DNA from: Candidatus Eiseniibacteriota bacterium
Lineage (GTDB): Bacteria > Eisenbacteria > RBG-16-71-46
Length of the DNA: 64,000 bases
Direction of reading: 5' to 3'
Assembly (NCBI GenBank): GCA_020847735.1
Contig: JADLBL010000021.1
Location: 126,059-190,058 of the forward strand
Shown here: positions 20,111 through 28,677 of the stretch, piece after piece
How the letters are laid out: every line of letters begins with the position of its first letter
Numbering within the stretch: position 1 is the first letter of the stretch
The notes under the pieces: model-generated
The model's input: only the letters and a program-made list of their open reading frames with translations
What the model was told of the DNA's origin: nothing
The model's database searches: none
Made by a program: the position numbers and the translations under genes

Positions 20111-20964
20111 AGACGAGTAGCCCCCTACGATATCCAGGCGGCAAGTCAGCGATGGCCGGCCTCCTAGGTGGGATCCGCCGACTCAATGGTCTGGGGGCGC
20201 TATCCCTTGCCGAGCCTTTTGGCGGCGGCGCGGGTGCTTCCCTGACCCTCCTCTATCAAGAGGAAACGCCGGAGATCTTCATCAACGACGCTGACGACTC
20301 GATCCACGCATTCTGGTGGTCAGTTCTGAATCGCCCTCGCGAGTTCCAGCAGACGCTCAAGAGCACTCGCGTCAACATGACCGAGTGGCGAAGACAGCGC
20401 ATCATCTACCGACAAGCGACGCGGCAGTCCCGGCTGCGTAAGGGCTTCGCAACCTTCTACCTGAACAGATGCAACCGGTCCGGGATCATCGCGAACGGCG
20501 GTCCGATCGGTGGGATTGACCAAGCCGGACCCTGGCGACTATCGGCACGGTACAACAAGGACACGCTGCTCGATCGCTGTAAGAAGCTCGTCGAGTACCG
20601 AAGTCGCATCCATGTATCCGGCCTGGATGGTCTAGAGTTCCTATCTCGGCTCGACCAATCATCTACGATGCTGTTCATCGATCCGCCGTACTACGAGAAG
20701 GGGAGGACTCTCTACCTGAACGCGCTCAGTGACGCCTACCATGAGTCACTGGCGCAATGGCTCAAGAGTAGGAAGAACGTGGCGTGGGTCGTGACATACG
20801 ACGACTGCGACGCGATCCGTCGTCTCTATCGCGGCTGGGCTACCGTCCGGCCTTTCTCGTTGAGGTACACGGCGACGGAGCGTCGTAGCGGTCGGGAGCT
20901 ACTCATCACGCCGAAGTGGCTTCGCCTTCCGCGTAAGCAGGCATCGGAAACGATCGCTTGGTGA
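20107..20964 (+). CDS. Dam-family (D12 class) N6-adenine DNA methyltransferase
   Basis: LRYPGGK motif near N-term and IDPPYY motif IV; GTG start overlaps upstream stop (GTGA). Confidence 0.85.
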   Translation: MKTSSPLRYPGGKSAMAGLLGGIRRLNGLGALSLAEPFGGGAGASLTLLYQEETPEIFINDADDSIHAFWWSVLNRPREFQQTLKSTRVNMTEWRRQRIIYRQATRQSRLRKGFATFYLNRCNRSGIIANGGPIGGIDQAGPWRLSARYNKDTLLDRCKKLVEYRSRIHVSGLDGLEFLSRLDQSSTMLFIDPPYYEKGRTLYLNALSDAYHESLAQWLKSRKNVAWVVTYDDCDAIRRLYRGWATVRPFSLRYTATERRSGRELLITPKWLRLPRKQASETIAW

Positions 20965-21358
20965 ACGGCGCCTTGGTGGCGCGGCCATTCACTCGGCCGT
21001 GTCCTCGCCAAGCTCCGGCCGACGTCGTTTCTGTCGTACACCGGCCTTGGGCAACTCACGAGATTGTTCGACGCCGTGGCGGCCGAGGTGCCGGAGCTGC
21101 CACAGGTGCGAGCGTCCGTGCAGACGATCGACCTGCTCCGGACCACGTGGATCACGCGAGGGCCGACCATGTGGCCGGTGGAACGGCGAGGCTCCCGGGG
21201 ATCTTCGAGGACTGCTTGAGAATCGTTCGACGACTCTAGCTGTCATCAGGAACTCCGCCCTCGGCCTTTACGGCGCCAGCCGGGCTGCTATTCTTCGCTC
21301 ATCACCAACCCACATCATGCGCCCATTGCTTTCGAGAGCGACACGAAGGACCTGATCC

Positions 21359-22216
21359 ATGCGTGACAAGCCCTACTATTCCGTCAGAACAGGGAAGAAC
21401 CTCAGCGGTGGAGCGCTTGACTTGCCGACCACACTCCGCGTGTTCGGCGGCATCCACCAGACACTCGAAGATGAGGGCTACTTCCAGGAGGCCCTCGGCT
21501 ACGAGTGTGTGGACGCGGGTTCAGTTCCAGGGACTGTGGGCAAGGATGTCGAAGGCTACGTACTCCTTGAATTGCGGAAGTCGGATCTCTTGCCTGTCCG
21601 CACCCAGGTCGACCACTACCGCGAGGATGACCTCTTCGACGTGGTCGAGTTCCTCTACGAGCACGTTTCCAAGCCGGTTGATCGGCACTACCACTCCTTC
21701 AATGACTGCGGCTGGCACTGCACCTCGTTCGACCGCAGCGAGGGGCGGGCCGAGTTTCGAGAGAAGATGAATCGGATCCTCAGGCGTTACGCCGACGGTT
21801 TCGAGCTCTCGGTCGACGGGGAGGTGCTTGGACTTCCCGATGCAGGATTCGAGGCGCTCATGGAAGCTGCACTCCCGGTCGCTGACCCCGAGAACATCGA
21901 GGCGCGTGTGGACGCGGCGCGCAGAAGGTTCCGCCGATACAAGGCGTCGCTGGATGAGCGACGTGACGCAATCCGAGACCTCGCCGACGTACTCGAGTAC
22001 TTGCGACCGAAGCTGAAGGGTATTCTCGCCTCAAGGGACGAGAATGATCTGTTCAACCTCGCAAACAACTTCGGCGTGCGCCACCACAATGCCCTGCAGA
22101 AGGTCGGGTACGACCGTGCCATCTGGTACAGTTGGCTCTTCTACTACTACCTCGCCACGATCCACGCTGTTGTGAGGCTCATTCGGAAGAAAGAGGAAAC
22201 GGACGGCAGGGTGTAG
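21359..22216 (+). CDS. Hypothetical protein (possible abortive-infection-like)
   Basis: 285-aa ORF in defence context; no motif I can confidently assign. Confidence 0.45.
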   Translation: MRDKPYYSVRTGKNLSGGALDLPTTLRVFGGIHQTLEDEGYFQEALGYECVDAGSVPGTVGKDVEGYVLLELRKSDLLPVRTQVDHYREDDLFDVVEFLYEHVSKPVDRHYHSFNDCGWHCTSFDRSEGRAEFREKMNRILRRYADGFELSVDGEVLGLPDAGFEALMEAALPVADPENIEARVDAARRRFRRYKASLDERRDAIRDLADVLEYLRPKLKGILASRDENDLFNLANNFGVRHHNALQKVGYDRAIWYSWLFYYYLATIHAVVRLIRKKEETDGRV

Positions 22217-22250
22217 CGAGCTTCGGTCGATCGAGCAGTAGCGCGCACAC

Positions 22251-24749
22251 CTATAGTGCTTCAACTGCCGCGAGGAGCCGCTTCACCTCATCATGGTAGT
22301 AGGCGACGTCTTCGGAGATCGGGCACATCAGATGGAATGTCCCCGTATTGTGCAAACCACCAAGCCGACTGATTCCTGAATGCAGGTCTTGCAGCGCATC
22401 GATCAGCTCGGGTGGCACGGTCCGGATCTTCTTCAGCCCAGCCCAATCGGTGTGGAGAGCTTCGGGATCGAAGAGCGTCCGCACGCCATGCAGGATGCGC
22501 TTGTCGATCAAGACCTCAATCGCACGCCGGGTCAGGAGAAAGCATAGCTCGACCGAATGCTGGTCCAGCGAGCCTGTTCCCAGCATCGCTTGAACGCGAT
22601 CGAGCAGGTCATTCGCGGTGTCCTTCACGGAGTAAGGGGACACGATGCCGGAGGTGCCCTTGAACGACTCCACCATGTAGTACATAGGGCCACGGCCCGC
22701 CATGCCCCTGAACTGCGGGTGGTTCTTGGCGGCTTCGACCAGGCACTGGAAGACATGCTTGTTGTGTGTAAACACAATCACCTGACGGTATTCGGTCTCA
22801 TCGAGGACCCTATCGGCGACTTGCGCAATGCGCTCCGTGTCCATGCTGCTGAAGGGATCATCGACGAGGAGCACCTCACCCGTGCCACGGTGAGAAAGTT
22901 CGGACAAGCAATCAGCGAGCGCCCAGGTAGCAAGTTCGCTCTCGCTGAGGGTCTTGCGAGGTTCTCGCCCATGGACCGCGTAGCGCCTCTCCGTCACGCC
23001 CGATGGCGAGGCGGCTTTGAGCCGGAGAGGAAGACGCAGGCGGAGGCGTGAACACTCTGAATCGAAGCGTTCCCTGAAGGCAGCGAGGCCAAGGGCATTC
23101 ATTGCCTCGGTCCTCGCGGTACTCCAGCCGCGTTTCTGAGTTTCCACCTCCGCCAGGGCTGTGCGAACGGATTCTAGGATCGCCTTCAGCCCCGAAAGTT
23201 GAACGAGCTTCTCCGTGTTCTCCTTTGCGAAGCACCGACGCTCGGCCGTCGTTAATAACGGCGCCAGCTTCGCTCGGGCCGCAGAACGCGATTCAGGTGT
23301 GGCAAGTGAGGCCAGGGTCTGGCGCTCGCCCTCGAGTTCTCGGGCTACGTCAGCTTTGCTGGAGTCAATGCGTTCACGAGATGGAAGCTCATTTGGCCAC
23401 GTTGCTTCCTCGATGAGTGCAGGATCTAGCCCAAGGCGGTCAGACAATGAGCGAAGGGCCCCATGCGCTTCGTCGATCTGGGTTGCCAGGGCTGACATGC
23501 GCGTGGTGCGAGCGCCACCGACCTCCTGTCGAACACTCTTCAAGAACGCGACCGCCGCCTCGGAGAGACTCTGGCCGCAGTAGATGCAGCTGTCTGAGCC
23601 GCTTGGGTAGTCTGCCGACCGCTCCGCGGTGATGACGGACTCGCCTGCCACAACGAGGGCCCGCCACGCCGAGGTGTCCTTGAGTTCAAGCGGCCGCGCA
23701 TCGAGCAATCCGCGAAGGCCCGCCCGTTCAGCCTGCCTGAGGTCGTCCAACTCCTTCGATGCTGCCGTGAGAGCCGCACCGCTGTGCGTCTCATCGCCAA
23801 GCAGCGCCAAGGACTTCGATTCGGCTTCGAGTTCCATGATGCGCTTTCGCGCAGTGGTAGCAGACGCCTCGGCCTGATCGAGGCGGGTTAGCTGTTGTTT
23901 GAGTTCGTCCCGCTGCTTTGCGAGTGCCAGCGCATCCACGGTCGCGACGTCTCCGATGTCGGCGACAGCAGCTTCTGCTCGTGGCACGTCCTCAAGATCG
24001 AACAGCGCGTCGCGTCCAGCCGTGGCGGCTGTTCGGACTGCAGCGAGGCCGCCTTCAAATGATCGTAGTGCAGCCGTTCCGACATCGAATAGGTCCAGCC
24101 CCAAGTGCTGGGGGGCCTCAAGCGTGAGCTGCACGCCGTACTTGTCGACGGTATCCTTATCGAAGAGTCGAAGTGCTACGGGTGTCGCTGGGGCAGCATC
24201 CGATGACCATGAGGCGTCGTCGCCGCCTGCGAAGTTGATTGGATTCGCGCGCACGTCAGCGAGCCGGCAGATGCGGAACTTCGCCTGACGAGTCAAGGCG
24301 AAGCGGTCCTGCTTCGGATCTTCGTTTGCGCGGCCGGGAACGTCGCCATGCTCGATGGCGCTGCCAAGGACGGCCATTGCGCTGGCGAGGCTGGACTTTC
24401 CGGAGCCGTTCCTGCCGTAGAAGACGGTCAGCCAGGGCGAGAGGGGAATCGCCTCCGGGTAGTCGCCGAGGGCGCGGATGTTGTCGCATGCGACGATCTG
24501 GAGGATGCAGTTCGGCGCGCCGCTGGGAACAGCAGTCGAGGGTCTGGTCGTGCTGACAGGCGAAAGCGTTGGCTGTGCAAGCCCGAGCTTCGCCAATGGC
24601 ACAGTCGCGCACCAATGGTCAAATGCCTTCTGGTGTGCAGGTGCGCCGTCTCGCACAGCGTCTGCGAGCACGGCTGGCCAGGTGCCATTCTTCGTCTTGG
24701 GGATGTAGTCCTTGGCCTCTTTGTTGGGTTGTGGCGCGTCAACTGTCAT
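22251..24749 (-). CDS. RloC-like ABC/SMC-type ATPase with coiled-coil zinc hook (candidate anticodon-nuclease/defence ATPase)
   Basis: Walker A FYGRNGSGKSSL; long coiled coil with CIYCGQ CxxC hook; Walker B/D-loop VLLVDDPFSSMD; H-loop VIVFTHN; about 150-aa C-terminal extra domain; start at MTVDAPQ (24749). Confidence 0.55.
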   Translation of the reverse strand: MTVDAPQPNKEAKDYIPKTKNGTWPAVLADAVRDGAPAHQKAFDHWCATVPLAKLGLAQPTLSPVSTTRPSTAVPSGAPNCILQIVACDNIRALGDYPEAIPLSPWLTVFYGRNGSGKSSLASAMAVLGSAIEHGDVPGRANEDPKQDRFALTRQAKFRICRLADVRANPINFAGGDDASWSSDAAPATPVALRLFDKDTVDKYGVQLTLEAPQHLGLDLFDVGTAALRSFEGGLAAVRTAATAGRDALFDLEDVPRAEAAVADIGDVATVDALALAKQRDELKQQLTRLDQAEASATTARKRIMELEAESKSLALLGDETHSGAALTAASKELDDLRQAERAGLRGLLDARPLELKDTSAWRALVVAGESVITAERSADYPSGSDSCIYCGQSLSEAAVAFLKSVRQEVGGARTTRMSALATQIDEAHGALRSLSDRLGLDPALIEEATWPNELPSRERIDSSKADVARELEGERQTLASLATPESRSAARAKLAPLLTTAERRCFAKENTEKLVQLSGLKAILESVRTALAEVETQKRGWSTARTEAMNALGLAAFRERFDSECSRLRLRLPLRLKAASPSGVTERRYAVHGREPRKTLSESELATWALADCLSELSHRGTGEVLLVDDPFSSMDTERIAQVADRVLDETEYRQVIVFTHNKHVFQCLVEAAKNHPQFRGMAGRGPMYYMVESFKGTSGIVSPYSVKDTANDLLDRVQAMLGTGSLDQHSVELCFLLTRRAIEVLIDKRILHGVRTLFDPEALHTDWAGLKKIRTVPPELIDALQDLHSGISRLGGLHNTGTFHLMCPISEDVAYYHDEVKRLLAAVEAL

Positions 24750-24891
24750 GCTGGAAGCACACCACCAATCGTCTCGTCTGTCCAGAGGCGCTGTCGTTCG
24801 GGAAGCTCGAGGAATCCGCGTGAGGCAATCGCCACTCACGGGCCTGAGCTCGTCGCCGGAGAGACTGCCGCTATAGCGCTAGTCCGTCTCC

Positions 24892-26547
24892 CTATCCAAC
24901 TTCCGCGCATCGTGGCACAATAGCCTTCTCGCGGCTTCTCCTCGCCCACCGGGTGAGCGTCCCGGTCCTCCGTAGCTTCTCTTCCGTCGGGTCGATCTCC
25001 GCGAAGATCGGCGGAATCTGGAAGTCGTGCGCCTCGATCCAAGTTCGCAATCGCTCCACCACGGTGCACCAAGAGCGAGTGAGTCCTGCGTTCTCGAAGA
25101 ACGACCAGGGTTCGTTCGCTTTGTAGAGCGCTTTTCGGTCCCGGACGGTCGGGTTCGCGCAGATGGCGTGGAAGATCTGCCGGCGGCGAACCGCGTCCCC
25201 TTCCCGGAAGGCCTGCAGGAGCGAAGCGCTGAAGTTCAGCGCGCCTTCGACGCGCTTCAGGAGTTGCTCCGGCGTCGGGGCGGGCTGGTCGAGCCGGAGG
25301 CGCAGCGTGGCCTGACGGTCCAGCAAGCCGAGGCGCCGGCGCTCAAACGTCGCGTCATCGACCTGACCGCGGAGCTTCAGGGTCAGGAGCGCGTCGGATT
25401 CCCGGACCGCATCGGCAAGGGATTTCTCCATCTCGCTGCGCTGGGCGGTGCGTTCATTGATCGTGGCGTCGAGCTTGGGTCGGATGTTGTCCTTGATCCA
25501 GTCGAGTGCAGCCGGCGGGAGCGTCAGCCGCCGCAGGTCGGCTTCCAACTGTCGCTCGAGTGCGGCTTCCGGCAGGCACGGGTTCGGGCACGGTTCCCCA
25601 CCCGTGCGTCCCCGGCAGCGGTAGTAGACGAAGCGCCTCCCCGAGCGCTTGACGTGCTCTTCCGGATTGAGCTTTCGACCACACAGGCCGCAGGTGAGCA
25701 GGCCCGCGTACGCGAAGACGTGGTGGACGAAGTGCGTCCGGGTCGGGCGGCCGAGGATCGCCTGCGCCTGTTCGAACTCCTCGGGCGTCACCATCGGCGG
25801 GTGAGCTCCGCGGTACGCCTCCCCGTTCCTCAACCGAATCAGGCCCATGTAGTAAGGGTTGGCGAAGAGCTTGAAGACCGCCTGGAAGCAGAGCGGCTTA
25901 CCGCCGAGGCGAGCGGTCTTGCGAGTGCGGAGGCCGTGATCCTCGGCCCAGCGGGCGATCTCCATCGGGTTCATCCGGCGGGAGAGGAGCCGATCCCACA
26001 TCTCGCGGACGATCGGGAACCGGTCCGGGTCCTTCACGACCACCGTCGTCGACTTGGAGCGGTCCTCGCGGTAGCCGATCGGCGGGCGGAAGTTGGGCCA
26101 GCCCTGCTGGAAGCGGGCTCGGTTGCCGCGCCGGACGTTCGCGCGGAGGTCATCGATGAACTTGGTCGCGATGCCAAGCTCGAAGTTTCCGAGGAAGCGG
26201 TCGTTCCCATCGGCGGTGTACTCGCGCTCGGGAGTGATGACGCGCGTGAGCTTGCCGTCGGCTAGCGCCTGAAGGACGGTGCCGTGGTCGAAGTGGTTCC
26301 GGGCGAGGCGGTCCATCTTCCAGCACAGCACGCCCGCGATCTCGCCCTTCAGGACCCGCTTCATGAGCGAGCCGAAGATGGGCCGACCGGGCGCCTTGGC
26401 CGAGCGGGCCTCGGTCAGGACTTCCCGGACATCGAGCCCGCGGCGCAGCGCCAGGACCTGGAGTTCCTGGACCTGAGAGTCGATCGAGAGGACTTGGCGG
26501 TCGTCAGACTCCGTGGACTTGCGGGCGTAGATGACGTGGGTGGACAT
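24892..26547 (-). CDS. Large serine recombinase (resolvase/invertase N-terminal catalytic domain + recombinase + zinc-ribbon domains)
   Basis: IYARKSTESDDRQVLSIDSQ catalytic-Ser motif; central recombinase domain; CGLCGRK...YYRCRGR zinc ribbon. Confidence 0.85.
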   Translation of the reverse strand: MSTHVIYARKSTESDDRQVLSIDSQVQELQVLALRRGLDVREVLTEARSAKAPGRPIFGSLMKRVLKGEIAGVLCWKMDRLARNHFDHGTVLQALADGKLTRVITPEREYTADGNDRFLGNFELGIATKFIDDLRANVRRGNRARFQQGWPNFRPPIGYREDRSKSTTVVVKDPDRFPIVREMWDRLLSRRMNPMEIARWAEDHGLRTRKTARLGGKPLCFQAVFKLFANPYYMGLIRLRNGEAYRGAHPPMVTPEEFEQAQAILGRPTRTHFVHHVFAYAGLLTCGLCGRKLNPEEHVKRSGRRFVYYRCRGRTGGEPCPNPCLPEAALERQLEADLRRLTLPPAALDWIKDNIRPKLDATINERTAQRSEMEKSLADAVRESDALLTLKLRGQVDDATFERRRLGLLDRQATLRLRLDQPAPTPEQLLKRVEGALNFSASLLQAFREGDAVRRRQIFHAICANPTVRDRKALYKANEPWSFFENAGLTRSWCTVVERLRTWIEAHDFQIPPIFAEIDPTEEKLRRTGTLTRWARRSREKAIVPRCAEVG

Positions 26548-26594
26548 GTGGCGGTGAGGTTGCCATTCAGCAATTCCTCAAGACGGCGCTCCGG

Positions 26595-26879
26595 TCAAGA
26601 GCGAGGATGCGCGAACTCTGCGAACGACTCGCCGGCCGCCGGCATCGCGCCGTGTCCCTGCAGGAGCATCTCGACGAGCGCGAGCAGGGCGATTGCGCGG
26701 CCCCATGCTTCGGGCAGCGACAGGCTGACGCCGCATTCGCGCTCGAGAATCGTCTGGAAGCGGCGCACCTCGGCTTCGCTCAGGCCGGCGCCAAAACGCC
26801 TGACCAGGGGCGGTTCAGGTGCGTGATCGAAGGCGACGGAATCGGCCATGCCCTCAGCATGGCCGCTTGATCGCCCCAT
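26595..26879 (-). CDS. Small hypothetical protein adjacent to recombinase
   Basis: 94-aa ORF; no motifs; could be RDF/excisionase-like but unsupported. Confidence 0.3.
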   Translation of the reverse strand: MGRSSGHAEGMADSVAFDHAPEPPLVRRFGAGLSEAEVRRFQTILERECGVSLSLPEAWGRAIALLALVEMLLQGHGAMPAAGESFAEFAHPRS

Positions 26880-26980
26880 GTGCAGGGGGTGGGAAGCACG
26901 GAACCACGGCAGCCCTGTGGACGGGCGCGCACGTCTCCCGACCGCCTGGGCATCGTCGCCGGAGCGTGTACGGTCTGAAC

Positions 26981-27322
26981 ATGCTGTCGGAGGCGCAGGC
27001 GCGTGAAGTCGAAGCCGTGCTCCGCGAGTTCTGTCGCGGCGAGCCGCCGCCCCACGTACGGCCGGAACTCGAGTACGCCGTGCGCATCGAGGGCAACGCT
27101 GTGACGCTCGTCGAGCTGCGTTCGGCCTTCCGTGCCGAGATCGACCGCACCGAGTCTCCGGTGGCGAGATTCCGCTTCATAGCCAAGTACGAGCTCTGGC
27201 AACTCTACTACCGGGACCGAAACATCCGGTGGCATCGCTACCCTCCGGCGAGGCCCGTGAAGCGACTCGCCGTACTGTTCGCCGAAGTCCGCCGCGATCC
27301 GACCGGGATCTTCTGGGGGTAG
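26981..27322 (+). CDS. Hypothetical protein
   Basis: ORF from MLSEAQAREV; no recognisable motif. Confidence 0.4.
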   Translation: MLSEAQAREVEAVLREFCRGEPPPHVRPELEYAVRIEGNAVTLVELRSAFRAEIDRTESPVARFRFIAKYELWQLYYRDRNIRWHRYPPARPVKRLAVLFAEVRRDPTGIFWG

Positions 27323-27456
27323 CAGGCGGGTATGAAGACGAGTCGGCCGTTCGCACCGGGATCGACCATGCGGCTTGGACGGAATCACAAGTCGCGGTAG
27401 GGTAGGGCCTCAGGCAGAAGGTCCTCGCATTCTCGTGCTGGGTCCCTACCCGGAGG

Positions 27457-28092
27457 TTGGCCGTGAAGCTCTATGCAGCGGTCCTCGCCTCGATCATGCT
27501 GACCTCGGCCGCTGCGCATGCCGTCCCGATGCCGCAGCCCACGCCTATGAGCCGGACGGTCTTCACGGGCTCGGCAGCGGTCGAAGCGCTCAGCTCGACG
27601 TACTACGAGGTGAGCATCGACTCGGACCGAATGACCTCGCCCACGCTCTCCGGTCGGTTGACGGCCATGGGCGGCTCGGGCAATGACATCGTCGTGCTGG
27701 TCATGTCGGATGCGGACTTCATGAACTGGAAGAACGGGCATGAGGTCCGACCCCTCTTCAACTCCGGGCAGGTGACGGTGGCCGATCTTGATGTGGCCTT
27801 GCCCGGTCCGGGAAGCTACCGGTTGGTGTTGTCGAATCTGTTCTCCTCCATGACCCCGAAGACTGTGTCCGGGCAGGTGCGTTTGCGCTGGGTGCAGGCC
27901 CCTTCGCCGGAGGAGGTCGCGGCCGCCAAGGCGGCCAACAAGGCGGAGCTTGAACGGGCGCAGCGGGATGAATCGAACACGTTGCTCATCGGGCTGCTGG
28001 TGGTGCTCGTGCTCGGCGGCCTCATCGGCGGGCTGATCGTCTGGATGGTGGCCGCTCGGAAGACTCAGCACCCCGCTCCGCCGCAGCAGTGA
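27457..28092 (+). CDS. Secreted protein with C-terminal transmembrane anchor
   Basis: Signal peptide AVLASIMLTSAAAHA; C-terminal hydrophobic LLIGLLVVLVLGGLIGGLIVWMV; GGAGG RBS upstream of GTG start. Confidence 0.55.
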   Translation: MAVKLYAAVLASIMLTSAAAHAVPMPQPTPMSRTVFTGSAAVEALSSTYYEVSIDSDRMTSPTLSGRLTAMGGSGNDIVVLVMSDADFMNWKNGHEVRPLFNSGQVTVADLDVALPGPGSYRLVLSNLFSSMTPKTVSGQVRLRWVQAPSPEEVAAAKAANKAELERAQRDESNTLLIGLLVVLVLGGLIGGLIVWMVAARKTQHPAPPQQ

Positions 28093-28173
28093 TCGCGGGG
28101 CCGGGCAAGGAGGTGTCGCAGTCGCCAAAGGTGATCTGGCAGCTCTGAACAGCCGGGAGAGGAGGCGAAAAGA

Positions 28174-28395
28174 GTGAGCACGCAGGGAGCGAAACAGGGA
28201 GCGAGCAAGACACCCGCACGGGCGAAGACGGTGGCAGGGAAGCGTACGCCGGCGAAGTAGCGAAACATGAAGCCCCGGAAGCAAACCTCGCCCGCCGAGC
28301 GTCAGCGGCTCCTCGCCGTCGCTCCGCGCGAAGGCCTCATCGCCCTCGGCGTCTAGGAGCGCTTCGGCGTCAAGCCTGTGACGTGCTACTCGTGA
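28174..28395 (+). pseudogene. Degraded copy of the KA-rich HTH gene found intact at 34736-35212
   Basis: Translation gives ...AERQRLLAVAPREGLIALGV*ERFGVKPVTCYS* versus intact ERQRILATAEREGLTALQVQKRFGVKPVTYYSW; three in-frame stops. Confidence 0.55.
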
Positions 28396-28677
28396 CGGAA
28401 GGTGAGCAAGAGGTCGGCGCGGAGCACTGCGTCCGTGCTCGCGGGCGGCATGGGCGACCAAGCTCGCGCAAGCGTGCAATCACGCGTGTTCACACCCCCA
28501 ATCGCAATCGTCCGCTAGGAGGTCGCAACCTGCCTCGATGTCGTTCTGTCGGCCCATTCCCTACGTCGTCGTGCCCGGGCACTCCGTCGCGTCGCCAGAA
28601 GATGAGCCCATCACCGCAACTTCGGACCCTTGGGCAAAGGAAGTGGGGAGAGTGAGCGGCCCCATCAGATCGGGTGA

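Larger units (their letters stand above)
7954..26900. mobile_element. Putative integrated genomic/defence island bounded by tRNA-Ser-like fragment (left) and large serine recombinase (right)
   Basis: Lower G+C than flanks by eye; cargo is R-M, SIR2, RloC-like, Dam, radical SAM; recombinase at 24892-26547; no flanking direct repeats identified by eye so boundaries are approximate. Confidence 0.4.

Noticed and set aside
21359-22216. Specific AbiJ/HEPN assignment for the 285-aa protein
   Set aside because: Resemblance was impressionistic; no clean Rx4-6H HEPN motif could be pinned down, so left as hypothetical.
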